Shown here: positions 52,682 through 61,546 of the stretch, piece by piece
Numbering within the stretch: position 1 is the stretch's first letter
How the letters are laid out: every line of letters starts with the position of its first letter
From: an uncultured Gemmatimonadaceae bacterium
GTDB lineage: Bacteria > Gemmatimonadota > Gemmatimonadetes > Gemmatimonadales > Gemmatimonadaceae
Length of the DNA stretch: 64,000 bases
Assembly (NCBI GenBank): GCA_963790305.1
Contig: CAWBOC010000009.1
Coordinates: 288,001-352,000 of the forward strand
Direction: 5' to 3'
Translations under genes and position numbers: made by a program
The notes under the pieces: model-generated
The model's database searches: none
Seen by the model: the letters and a program-made list of their open reading frames with translations, nothing else
Told to the model about the DNA's origin: nothing

Positions 52682-53604
52682 GTCGACGGCGGCGGAGGCG
52701 CTCCCGGAACGACGCGACGCACCACGCCGCGGGACGAGGCGAGCAGTCGCTCCGCCTCCTCGCGCGTCGTCGAGAGCTTCTGCATAACGATCGCCGTTTT
52801 CACGCTCCCGTGCGCGGCGTGGATCAGGCGACGTGCCGCCTCGCGCTCGACCCCGCAGACCTCCATCAGAATGCGCTCGCCGCGGTCGACGAGCTTCTGA
52901 CTCATCGCGCGAAGGTCCACCATGAGGTTGCCGTAGGTCTTCCCGAGGCGAATCATGGCCCCGGTCGTAATCATGTTCAGGACGAGCTTGGTCGCGGTGC
53001 CGGCCTTGAGCCGCGTGGATCCGGTGACGACCTCGGGCCCGGTGAGGGGAACGATCGCGACATCCACCCGCTCCACGAGGTCCGCGGGCGGGGGCGAGCA
53101 GGCGAGAATCGCCGTGCGAGACCCGCGCTCGATCGCGCGCTCGAGTGCGCCACGCACGTAGGGCGTCGTGCCTGACGCGGCGATCCCGACCACGAAATCG
53201 TTGGACCCGACCTCGCGCTCATCCATGGCGGCAGCGCCGTCGGTGGCGACGTCCTCGGCCCCCTCCTGCGACTTCGTAAGCGCGGGGAAGCCGCCGGCAA
53301 TGATCCCCTGCACCATCTCCGGATCGGTGCCGAAGGTCGGCGGGCATTCACTGGCATCGAGCACGCCGAGCCGACCCGACGTGCCGGCGCCAATGTAAAA
53401 GAGCCGGCCCCCCGCGCGAAAGGCCTCCTCGGCAAGCTCGATTGCGCGCGTGATTCCATCGCGCTGCGTCGCCACCGCCTCGGGCACGCTTCGATCTTCG
53501 GCATTCATGAGATCGACTATCTCGGCCGGAGACGCGAGGTCGATGCTGGCGGTACGCGGATTCCGCCGCTCGGTCAGGCGCGGATCGATGAAAGACAGCG
53601 TCAA
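52678..53604 (-). CDS. murQ: N-acetylmuramic acid 6-phosphate etherase
   Basis: TERRNP, GAGTSGRLGVLDASECPPTFG, GSTRLKAGTATK, NLMVD; start uncertain (TTG 53604). Confidence 0.93.
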   Translation of the reverse strand: MTLSFIDPRLTERRNPRTASIDLASPAEIVDLMNAEDRSVPEAVATQRDGITRAIELAEEAFRAGGRLFYIGAGTSGRLGVLDASECPPTFGTDPEMVQGIIAGGFPALTKSQEGAEDVATDGAAAMDEREVGSNDFVVGIAASGTTPYVRGALERAIERGSRTAILACSPPPADLVERVDVAIVPLTGPEVVTGSTRLKAGTATKLVLNMITTGAMIRLGKTYGNLMVDLRAMSQKLVDRGERILMEVCGVEREAARRLIHAAHGSVKTAIVMQKLSTTREEAERLLASSRGVVRRVVPGAPPPPST

Positions 53605-53739
53605 TCGCGAAGCAGTTCGAGGGATTCTGACGGGGATAACGTTTGGCCGGCGCATGCCAGGGTCGCGGGCGCAGTGCGCCCCGCATTCCGGAATTCGCGC
53701 CCCTTCCCCTATCTTACCCATCACCCATCCCCTCGACCA

Positions 53740-54391
53740 GTGCAATTTACTCTCGCTCGTGTTCTCACGGTCGCGCTCGGCGTGACGATTTTCACCGCTG
53801 ACGCCGCCGCACAGATTCTGCAGCTGCCGACCAAGCGGCGCGATGTCGTGTGGGCGACGGCGTGGGCGGGGTATTACGATCCTGGTTCCTTCGCCGATGG
53901 CCGCACGAACACCGACTGGCTTTTCTCGGATGGGCTCGGGTGGCGCGCGTCGCTCGAGTACGGGATCGGCGGTGGATCGGCGATCGGCATCCTGGGAACG
54001 TTCGCGCGAATGCCGCTCGAAGTCCGCAGCCGAACCGGAGCGCTTTCGCGCGACGCCAATGGGGACATTCTCTCGCTGCAGGCGCTCTTTCACGGAGGCG
54101 GTGGTGCGGGCCTCCACCAGGTGATCGAAGTCTCCGCGGGCGTGATCGAGTTTCGGAACTTTCGCGCGAAGGACAACGGCGAAAACATTGGTCCGCCGGA
54201 TGGCGATCGCGATCTTACCTTCGCGCTGGGATACGGATTCGGCTTTGGAATCTCCAATCGGGCACAGATCGCGCTCGTGCAGGACTTCGGGTACACGTTT
54301 CACCAGCGAGAATGGCCTTCCCGCAAGCTCGTCCCGCACGACAATGAATCGGTCAACGCGCATCGGGCTCCGCGTAGGCTTTGGCGGGTAG
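53740..54391 (+). CDS. Small outer-membrane beta-barrel protein (frameshift near 54312)
   Basis: Signal peptide AAA|Q; alternating strands; second frame ends TRIGLRVGFGG. Confidence 0.65.
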
Positions 54392-54392
54392 C

Positions 54393-56144
54393 ATGCGCTT
54401 CTTCGGATTCCTGGAGCATCGAATGACTGCTGGACGGCGGGTTGGTCTTGCCCTCTTGCTCATCACGGTGGCCACATGCAGGCCGCCCTGGAGCCGTTCG
54501 AGCGGCCTCTTTCCCGCGGAATGGCGTTTCAGCTCGGGGCGCACCGCCGCGTATGCGCCGAGCGCGATGGTCTCCAGCAACGACTCGCTGGCGAGCCTGG
54601 CCGGGGTGGAGATTCTGCGCCGGGGCGGCAACGCGGTAGACGCCGCGGTCGCGGTCGGATTCGCGCTGGCGGTGACGTATCCCGAGGCCGGCAACCTCGG
54701 CGGCGGTGGATATATGGTCATCCGAATGGCCGACGGCCGCACCGCCGCGCTCGACTATCGCGAGCGTGCGCCGCGGGGCGCCACGCGCGACATGTATTCG
54801 CAGACCTACGCCAGCGTTCCCAACGCGAGCCTGGTCGGTCATCTCGCGTCCGGCGTTCCTGGCGCGGTGGCGGGAATGGTCGAGGCGCACGCGAAATACG
54901 GCATCCTCCCGCTCGTCGATGTGCTTGCTCCGGCGATTCGCCTTGCCGACTCCGGGTTCACGGTCGACTCGGCGCTGGCGCGGTCGCTGGAGAATGCACG
55001 TGAGCTCATTGCGGCCTACGCGGGCGGTGCGCTCTTCATGCCTAACGGCGTTCCGCTGCCGCGAGGAACCCGCCTGGCGCAACCAGACCTCGCCAACACG
55101 CTTCGGCGCATCGCCGAGCGCGGGGCGCCAGGCTTCTACGAGGGGGAGACGGCGCGCCTGCTGGCCGAGGAGATGCGTCGCGGCGGTGGTCTGATCACCG
55201 AAGAAGATCTGCGCGACTATCGCCCGGCATGGAGGGCCGCCCTCGAAGGCACATATCGGGGATACCGGCTCATCGGAATGCCGCCGTCCTCGTCGGGCGG
55301 CGTGACGATGATGGAGACGCTCAACATTCTCGAGACATTCCCCGACCTGCCCCCGTTCGGAAGCGCCGCGTACACGCACGTGCTCACCGAGGCGTTTCGT
55401 CGAGCCTTCATCGACCGCAACACAAAGCTCGGCGATCCCGATTTCGTCAGCGTTCCCGTCGTGCGCCTGACGAGCGACTCGTACGCCCGTGAGCTCGCCG
55501 CCACGATCGATCCGGCCCGCGCATCCGTCACGGTGGCGTTCGACAGCGCGGCCCGGGAGAGCGACCACACCACGCACTACTCGGTGGTGGACGCGGCCGG
55601 CAACGCGGTCGCAACGACGACGACGATCAACGAGCTGTACGGCTCCGGGGTGTACATTCCCGGTGCGGGCTTCTTCATGAACAACGAGATGGATGACTTC
55701 GCCACGCGCCCTGGCGAGCCCAATCTCTTTGGCCTGGTGCAGGGGGAGACGAACGCCATCGCGCCAGGCAAGCGCATGCTGAGCGCAATGTCTCCGACGA
55801 TCGTCCTCGACACGGCGGGGGCGGTAGTTCTCGTCCTGGGCGGACGCGGTGGTCCGCGCATCATCTCCAGCACGCTGCAGGTGGTCGTAAACGTGATCGA
55901 TCACGGGATGAGCCTCGCCGACGCCCTGGCGGCGCCGCGCATCCACCATCAGGCGTGGCCGGATACGCTACGGTACGAGCAGGAGGGCCTCACGGCGGCA
56001 GTCGTCGATTCGCTCCGCGCAATGGGCCACGGGGTGTCCGCTGGACGTGCGAGCGGATTGGTGAAGGCGATCATGCGTGCGCCAGGCGGAGGATGGCACG
56101 GAGCGTACGATCCTCGGTCGTCTGGGGGCGCGGTCGGATACTGA
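54393..56144 (+). CDS. ggt: Gamma-glutamyltransferase
   Basis: GGNAVDAAVA, LDYRERAP, PPSSSGG, TTHYSVVD, NNEMDDF, KRMLSAMSP, PRIHHQ. Confidence 0.95.
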   Translation: MRFFGFLEHRMTAGRRVGLALLLITVATCRPPWSRSSGLFPAEWRFSSGRTAAYAPSAMVSSNDSLASLAGVEILRRGGNAVDAAVAVGFALAVTYPEAGNLGGGGYMVIRMADGRTAALDYRERAPRGATRDMYSQTYASVPNASLVGHLASGVPGAVAGMVEAHAKYGILPLVDVLAPAIRLADSGFTVDSALARSLENARELIAAYAGGALFMPNGVPLPRGTRLAQPDLANTLRRIAERGAPGFYEGETARLLAEEMRRGGGLITEEDLRDYRPAWRAALEGTYRGYRLIGMPPSSSGGVTMMETLNILETFPDLPPFGSAAYTHVLTEAFRRAFIDRNTKLGDPDFVSVPVVRLTSDSYARELAATIDPARASVTVAFDSAARESDHTTHYSVVDAAGNAVATTTTINELYGSGVYIPGAGFFMNNEMDDFATRPGEPNLFGLVQGETNAIAPGKRMLSAMSPTIVLDTAGAVVLVLGGRGGPRIISSTLQVVVNVIDHGMSLADALAAPRIHHQAWPDTLRYEQEGLTAAVVDSLRAMGHGVSAGRASGLVKAIMRAPGGGWHGAYDPRSSGGAVGY

Positions 56145-56168
56145 CGCTCAATGGGAACGGCCGAGACG

Positions 56169-56270
56169 TCAGAGGTCAGAATACGGATTTCAGAATTCAG
56201 AAACGACTACGGGGAGCCACCAGCTGGCTCCCCGTAGGTTCTTTCCGAATTCTGAATTCTGTTTTGCTGT
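56169..56270. repeat. GC hairpin flanked by inverted TCAGAAT/ATTCTGA heptamers; likely bidirectional terminator
   Basis: CTACGGGGAGCCA-ccagc-TGGCTCCCCGTAG (56207-56237) with flanking heptamer arrays, between convergent genes. Confidence 0.8.
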
Positions 56271-56300
56271 TCAAGCAACCCGCCTGCACGCGCGCGATGC

Positions 56301-57152
56301 TTATTCGGCCTGGATCTGCGCTGCCGAGTTGAGCTTCACCGTAATGTTGCCGCCGTTCGGGATGCAGCCAGCGTAGTCGCCCGTGCCCATCGCGACCGCC
56401 GTACCCGCGGCAGCGCCCGTCGCCGCGCCAATCACGGTCGACTTGGTGTCCTTGCCGAGGATCTGGCCGATGACCGCGCCGGCGATGGCGCCGCCGATCA
56501 CCTTCTTCGCATCGTCGCCCTTCGTCGATTCACGCTGGGTCTCGGTCGCAACGGCGGTGATCGACGCGTCGATCGGATAGGTCTTGCCGTTGAAGCGTAC
56601 CGACTGCACGACGAGGCCGAGGCGCGCCGGGTCGTTCGCATTCTCGGAGCGTTCCACCGAGGTCACTTGGACGACGGCGGTGGCACCGGCGGGAATCACC
56701 GCGCCGTTGGAGCCCTGCACTGCATTCGTCACCGTGGCGGTAAACCTGTCGCCCGGCTTGTGCGTGTTGGTGCAGACGCGTGCGCCCGAGGTCAGCGCGA
56801 TCGTCGTGCCCGCGCCGATGCTCGCAACGCGGCCTTCACTACCGCTCGGCGACGTCGAGACACGGTTGCCGCTCGGCGTCGTGCTCGGCGTGCTTGGCCG
56901 AGGTGCCGGCGTGGCGGGTCTCGACGTGCTTGGACGTGACGTGCTCGGCCGGCTCACATTGCCGCCGCTCGATGAAGTCGCGGGGACGTCGCTCAGCTGC
57001 GGCTGCAATGTGTCGCTGTTCGCGAGCTCGAGATCGCGGTTCAGCGCCGCGGTGTCGCCCGCCAGGTCATCGCCATCGTCTCGACAGGCGCCAACCGAAA
57101 GAACCGCCGCAAGTGCGAGCGGGGTGACAGCCCACCGGATATATTTCGACAT
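56301..57152 (-). CDS. Lipoprotein with Pro/Ser/Thr linker and glycine-zipper C-terminus
   Basis: GGGAGG RBS; SVGAC lipobox; GGAIAGAVIG...GAATGAAAG. Confidence 0.82.
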   Translation of the reverse strand: MSKYIRWAVTPLALAAVLSVGACRDDGDDLAGDTAALNRDLELANSDTLQPQLSDVPATSSSGGNVSRPSTSRPSTSRPATPAPRPSTPSTTPSGNRVSTSPSGSEGRVASIGAGTTIALTSGARVCTNTHKPGDRFTATVTNAVQGSNGAVIPAGATAVVQVTSVERSENANDPARLGLVVQSVRFNGKTYPIDASITAVATETQRESTKGDDAKKVIGGAIAGAVIGQILGKDTKSTVIGAATGAAAGTAVAMGTGDYAGCIPNGGNITVKLNSAAQIQAE

Positions 57153-57275
57153 ATTGCCTCCCTCTAGGGTCGTACTGCGTTCTGTAAACGCTTGCAATCT
57201 GCATCGTTACGTGCGGCCGGCGCTTCGTGACATGCCGCGCACATCAATGATATCCGGGCAAGGGGTGTGCCAGTC

Positions 57276-59063
57276 ATGAGGGCTCTCTGGCAACTCCTTC
57301 CCTACTATCGGCCCTACCGTAGGCGGTTCGTCGCCGGCCTGGCCCTCGTGATTGTCTCGTCCGGGTTGGCTGGGATCATCCCCTGGCTGCTCCGCCGAGC
57401 CATCGATGACATGCGTGCCGGCACGTCCGCCGGGCGCATTGTGCTCATCGCCGCCAGTATGGTGGCCATCGCACTCCTCAGCGGTGCCGCGCGCTACGGG
57501 ATGCGCGACCTCATGAACGGCGTGTCGCGATCGATCGAGTACGATCTGCGCAATGGCCTGTTCCGCCACCTCGCCTCGCTCAATGCGTCGTTCTTCGCCT
57601 CGATGCGCACCGGCGACATCATGGCCCGCCTAACGAACGATCTCAGCGCGGTCCGGATGGCGGTGGGTCCGGCGATCATGTATCTCGTCAACACGATCGC
57701 GGGTGGCGCCTTCGCGCTCGTCTTCATGCTGAGCATCGATCCGCGGTTCACGCTCGTCGCCCTGCTGCCCGTCGTGCTGTTGCCGATCATCATGGCGAAG
57801 GGCGGCACGGCCATTCACCATCGCTTCGAGGCGGTGCAGGAGCACTTCTCGACGATGACCACCCGTGCCCAGGAGAACATCTCCGGAGCGCGGATCGTCA
57901 AGGCCTATCGGCAGGAGAGACCCGAAATCGATCGCTGGCGTGACATGAACGAGGAGTACGTCCGCCGGAACATGCGCCTCGTGCGGCTGTGGGGCCTGTT
58001 GAACCCGGGATTCTCGCTGCTGGCGGGGTTGGGAGGCGTCATCGTGCTCGGGTACGGCGGGCGCCTCGTACTCGCGGGAGAGATTTCGGTCGGCTCGCTG
58101 GTCGCGTTCGGCTTTTATCTGGGGATGCTCACCTGGCCCCTCATAGCGCTCGGCTGGGTGACGAACCTCTTTCAGCGCGGGGCGGCGTCCCTGGCACGGC
58201 TCAACCAGATCGTTCACGCGCGCTCGGCGATCCGCGAGCGCGCGGATCCTCGCCCGCTTCCACCGGCCCGAGCGGGACGCTCGATCGAATTCCGCAACGT
58301 CGGGTTCCACTACCCCGTAAGACAGGGGGAGACGCCACGGTGGGTGCTGCGAGAGATCTCGTTCTCGCTTCCCCCAGGTGGGACGCTGGGCGTGGTGGGA
58401 GCGACCGGCAGCGGCAAGAGCGCGCTCATCGACCTCGTTCCGCGCATTCACGACCCCCAGGAAGGGGAGATTCTCATCGACGGCCTGTCGATTCGCGACC
58501 TTTCTCTCGCCGCTCTGCGAGCCGAGATCGGGTACGTGCCACAGGAGACCTTCCTGTTCAGTGATACCGTCCGAGCCAACCTGCTGTACGGCGCGGAGGA
58601 CCTGTCATCGACCGAGTGGGCGGCGGGCGTCGCCCAGCTGGACGAGACCATCGCAGAATTTCCTGGCGGATATGAAACACTTCTGGGCGAACGCGGTATC
58701 AATCTCTCCGGCGGGCAAAAACAACGCGCAGCACTGGCGCGAGCGCTCGCCCGGCGGCCCGGAATCGTCCTGCTGGACGACGCGCTCTCAGCCGTCGACT
58801 CTCACACCGAAGCAGAGATTCTCCACGGCCTTCGCGACGCGCTGGGCGGTCGGACGGCGATCATCGCCTCGCACCGAATCAGCGCTATCCGCGAAGCCAG
58901 CTGGATCATTGTGCTCGACGACGGACGGATCGTCGAAGAAGGACGTCACGCGGAGCTGCTCGCCGCTGGCGGTCGGTATTGGTCGCTGCTGAACCGCCAA
59001 CTGCTCGAGGACTCGATCGAGCACGAACGCGACGTCATGGCACCGAGTGCCATTTCTCAATAA
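57276..59063 (+). CDS. ABC exporter, fused TMD-NBD (MdlA-like)
   Basis: RTGDIMARLTND, GATGSGKS, LSGGQKQR, LLDDALSAVD, SHR. Confidence 0.93.
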   Translation: MRALWQLLPYYRPYRRRFVAGLALVIVSSGLAGIIPWLLRRAIDDMRAGTSAGRIVLIAASMVAIALLSGAARYGMRDLMNGVSRSIEYDLRNGLFRHLASLNASFFASMRTGDIMARLTNDLSAVRMAVGPAIMYLVNTIAGGAFALVFMLSIDPRFTLVALLPVVLLPIIMAKGGTAIHHRFEAVQEHFSTMTTRAQENISGARIVKAYRQERPEIDRWRDMNEEYVRRNMRLVRLWGLLNPGFSLLAGLGGVIVLGYGGRLVLAGEISVGSLVAFGFYLGMLTWPLIALGWVTNLFQRGAASLARLNQIVHARSAIRERADPRPLPPARAGRSIEFRNVGFHYPVRQGETPRWVLREISFSLPPGGTLGVVGATGSGKSALIDLVPRIHDPQEGEILIDGLSIRDLSLAALRAEIGYVPQETFLFSDTVRANLLYGAEDLSSTEWAAGVAQLDETIAEFPGGYETLLGERGINLSGGQKQRAALARALARRPGIVLLDDALSAVDSHTEAEILHGLRDALGGRTAIIASHRISAIREASWIIVLDDGRIVEEGRHAELLAAGGRYWSLLNRQLLEDSIEHERDVMAPSAISQ

Positions 59064-59075
59064 CATTTGGACGTC

Positions 59076-59906
59076 ATGAAAACTACGCTGTCCGATCAGA
59101 TCAAGCTCGAGGCGCGCTCAATCGAAGAGCGTTTGGCGCTGTTCGAGGAGCAGCACCTTCAGCTCACCCGCCAGATCTCCGAGCTGCGCAACGAGGACGC
59201 GATGAAGACGCAGTTCCTCGCGAACATCTCGCATGATTTGCGTACGCCCCTGACCGCCATCATCACCCACGCCGAAATTCTGCGCGATGGCATCCTGGGC
59301 GAGCTCAATCCGCGACAGCGCGAAAGCGTCGTCGGCATGATCAACGGCGGTCGCCAGCTGCTCGACATGGTCAGCGACATCCTGACCTACGCGCGCAGCG
59401 CGGCCAATCAGCTCACCACGTCGCACACCGAGTTCGGCATTGAGGCGTTGATCCACCAGGTCACCACGCTCAATGGGCCGCTCATCGCCAAGCGGACGCT
59501 GACGCTGACCGTCGACGTCGCGCCGAATCTCCCCCACGTGCGCGCCGATCGCGACAAGATTCACCACGTCCTCAGCAACCTGCTCGGGAACGCCATCGAC
59601 TTCACATCGTCGGGCGGCCGCGTCTGGATCCGCGCCGCTGTGGCCTCCGAGGAGCCACGGCCGACGATCTTCGTGGAGGTCGGCGACACCGGGATCGGTA
59701 TCGCGCCGGAGCATCACGAGCTCGTCTTCCGCGAGTTCGCCCAGGTCGACGCCTCCCCCTCGCGGGCGCACCACGGCACGGGCCTGGGTCTGGCCATCGC
59801 GCGGAAGTTCGTCGAGCTCCACGACGGAAAGATCTGGGTCGAAAGCGCCCTCGGTCAGGGAAGCCGCTTCTGCTTTACCCTGCCGTGCCGACCAAGGACG
59901 GAGTGA
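59076..59906 (+). CDS. Cytoplasmic histidine kinase with no evident sensor domain
   Basis: ISHDLRTPL, NLLGNA, DTGIGI, GTGLGL; only a short coiled coil upstream. Confidence 0.9.
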   Translation: MKTTLSDQIKLEARSIEERLALFEEQHLQLTRQISELRNEDAMKTQFLANISHDLRTPLTAIITHAEILRDGILGELNPRQRESVVGMINGGRQLLDMVSDILTYARSAANQLTTSHTEFGIEALIHQVTTLNGPLIAKRTLTLTVDVAPNLPHVRADRDKIHHVLSNLLGNAIDFTSSGGRVWIRAAVASEEPRPTIFVEVGDTGIGIAPEHHELVFREFAQVDASPSRAHHGTGLGLAIARKFVELHDGKIWVESALGQGSRFCFTLPCRPRTE

Positions 59907-60292
59907 CGCCGGACACGGCCCACGTACTCGTCGTTGAAGACAACGCGCTCGTGACCAGTGCGATGCGCATTCTGCTCGAGGATGCCGCGTTTCGAGTGAG
60001 CACGGCCGCCAGCCTGGCTGAGGCGCACGCGCTCTGCCTGAAGGATCCGCCGGCCGCGATACTCCTCGATCTCCGTCTCCCGGACGGCGACGGGCTGTCT
60101 CTGCTCAAGCGACTCCGGGCAGACGGAATCGTCCCGGGCGTCGTCGTGGCGCTCACCGGGCGAGACGAGCCCGACATTCGCGCACGCTGCCTCCGGGCGG
60201 GGTGCCTCGACGTATTGCTGAAGCCGGTGGACGTCCGCTCGCTCGCGCCGCGGCTCAGGTCGTGGTTGGCAGCGAGCGCGGGCGCGTCCTAA
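59903..60292 (+). CDS. Single-domain response regulator
   Basis: VVEDN, LLDLRLPDGDG, ALTG, LKPV; GTGA overlap with the HK. Confidence 0.9.
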   Translation: MTPDTAHVLVVEDNALVTSAMRILLEDAAFRVSTAASLAEAHALCLKDPPAAILLDLRLPDGDGLSLLKRLRADGIVPGVVVALTGRDEPDIRARCLRAGCLDVLLKPVDVRSLAPRLRSWLAASAGAS

Positions 60293-60600
60293 CGAGCGCT
60301 GCGATAGAACTCCTCGACGCACATCGTCACGACCGAGTCGAAGAGGGGACCGGTCTCCTCACGCGACATCCTGTGAAGCTCGGGGCGGCCCTGCCAGGTT
60401 CGCTTGAAGAGGACGATCAGCTCCTCGGCGCGCATGCCCTGTCGGCGCGCCTCCTCGCACACGGCTCGCATGGCACGCTGAACATCGAGTTCACGGGCGC
60501 CGCCATCGGACTGAAGGGCAAGCTCCAGGGTTCGATCGGTCACCGTCATGAGGTAAGACGAGGAGGATTCGCCCGCAATCGGAGCCTGTTCGAACTCCAT
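60289..60600 (-). CDS. Hypothetical helical protein
   Basis: AAGGAGG RBS; EARRQGMRAEELIVLFKRTW...VTMCVEEFY. Confidence 0.75.
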   Translation of the reverse strand: MEFEQAPIAGESSSSYLMTVTDRTLELALQSDGGARELDVQRAMRAVCEEARRQGMRAEELIVLFKRTWQGRPELHRMSREETGPLFDSVVTMCVEEFYRSAR

Positions 60601-60780
60601 GCAAGCCTCCTTGTTCCGTTCGCGGAGTGAGCAGCGTCGCTCACACGCCCGCACCCATAATACGAAATGCGACCTAGCCTGTCAAGCTACTGTCGTATAA
60701 GGAGTTATGGCACATCGATGAGCGGCGCGAACCCTTCAGTGCCCTGTCGTTCAACGCGCTGTTGCGAACGTTAGGCAACG

Positions 60781-61509
60781 TCAAATGCGGTTTCGTATCG
60801 CGTCGGGCGTCAGTCGCTGCAGGTACCCCGCGAGAACGGTGAAATAGTCCGTAAGGAGCAGCACGCCGACCAGAATCAGCAACACGCCACCCGCTCTGCT
60901 GACCCACATCATGTGGCGTCGCACGCGCGTGAAGAACGAGATGAAGTGATTGATGGCCAGCGACGCGGCGAGAAACGGGACGGCCAGGCCCATCGAGTAC
61001 GCGGTCAGCAGGCCGAGACCGCGCCCGAGATCAGCGGAGCTCGACGTGTAGATGAGAATGGAGCCGAGAATCGGGCCTATGCACGGCGTCCATCCCGCGC
61101 CGAAGGCGATCCCGACGAGCACCGTGCCCAAGTACCCAATCGGCTTGTCCGCCAGGTGCACCCGGCGCTCACGCGCCAGCACCGCCATATTGAACGCGCC
61201 GAGCAGATACAGGCCGAAGACGATGACGAGGACGCCCCCCACGCGGCTGATCCACTCCCGATACACGAGCAGTGCACGCCCCAACACCGTCGCGGTCGCC
61301 CCAAGCGCCAGGAAGATGAGCGTGAAGCCGAGGATGAACAGCAGCGAGTGGATGAGCGCGAGACGGCGCGTCTTCTGCACTTCCTCCAGGCTCAGTCCGG
61401 TGATAAACGTGACGTAGCTCGGAATGAGTGGCAGAACGCACGGCGACAAAAAGCTCAGCAACCCGGCGGTAAACGCGATGACGATGCCCAACGAGGCTGT
61501 TTCTTCCAT
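60781..61509 (-). CDS. ccdA: Cytochrome c biogenesis protein CcdA
   Basis: AGLLSFLSPCVLPLIP, AGWTPCIGPIL, YSMGLAVPF. Confidence 0.93.
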   Translation of the reverse strand: MEETASLGIVIAFTAGLLSFLSPCVLPLIPSYVTFITGLSLEEVQKTRRLALIHSLLFILGFTLIFLALGATATVLGRALLVYREWISRVGGVLVIVFGLYLLGAFNMAVLARERRVHLADKPIGYLGTVLVGIAFGAGWTPCIGPILGSILIYTSSSADLGRGLGLLTAYSMGLAVPFLAASLAINHFISFFTRVRRHMMWVSRAGGVLLILVGVLLLTDYFTVLAGYLQRLTPDAIRNRI

Positions 61510-61546
61510 GCAGGCTCCGAGGGTGGAGCGCCGGCGCCGCAAGCGC

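Noticed and set aside
47967..55949. Long antisense or overlapping ORFs (e.g. 47967-49400, 54300-55949, upstream extension of murQ)
   Set aside because: Shadow ORFs expected at high GC; Arg/Ala-rich, motif-free and opposite well-supported genes.
60688..60713. dif-like site TGTCGTATAA-GGAG-TTATGGCACA
   Set aside because: Spacer is 4 bp rather than 6 and the XerD arm matches poorly.
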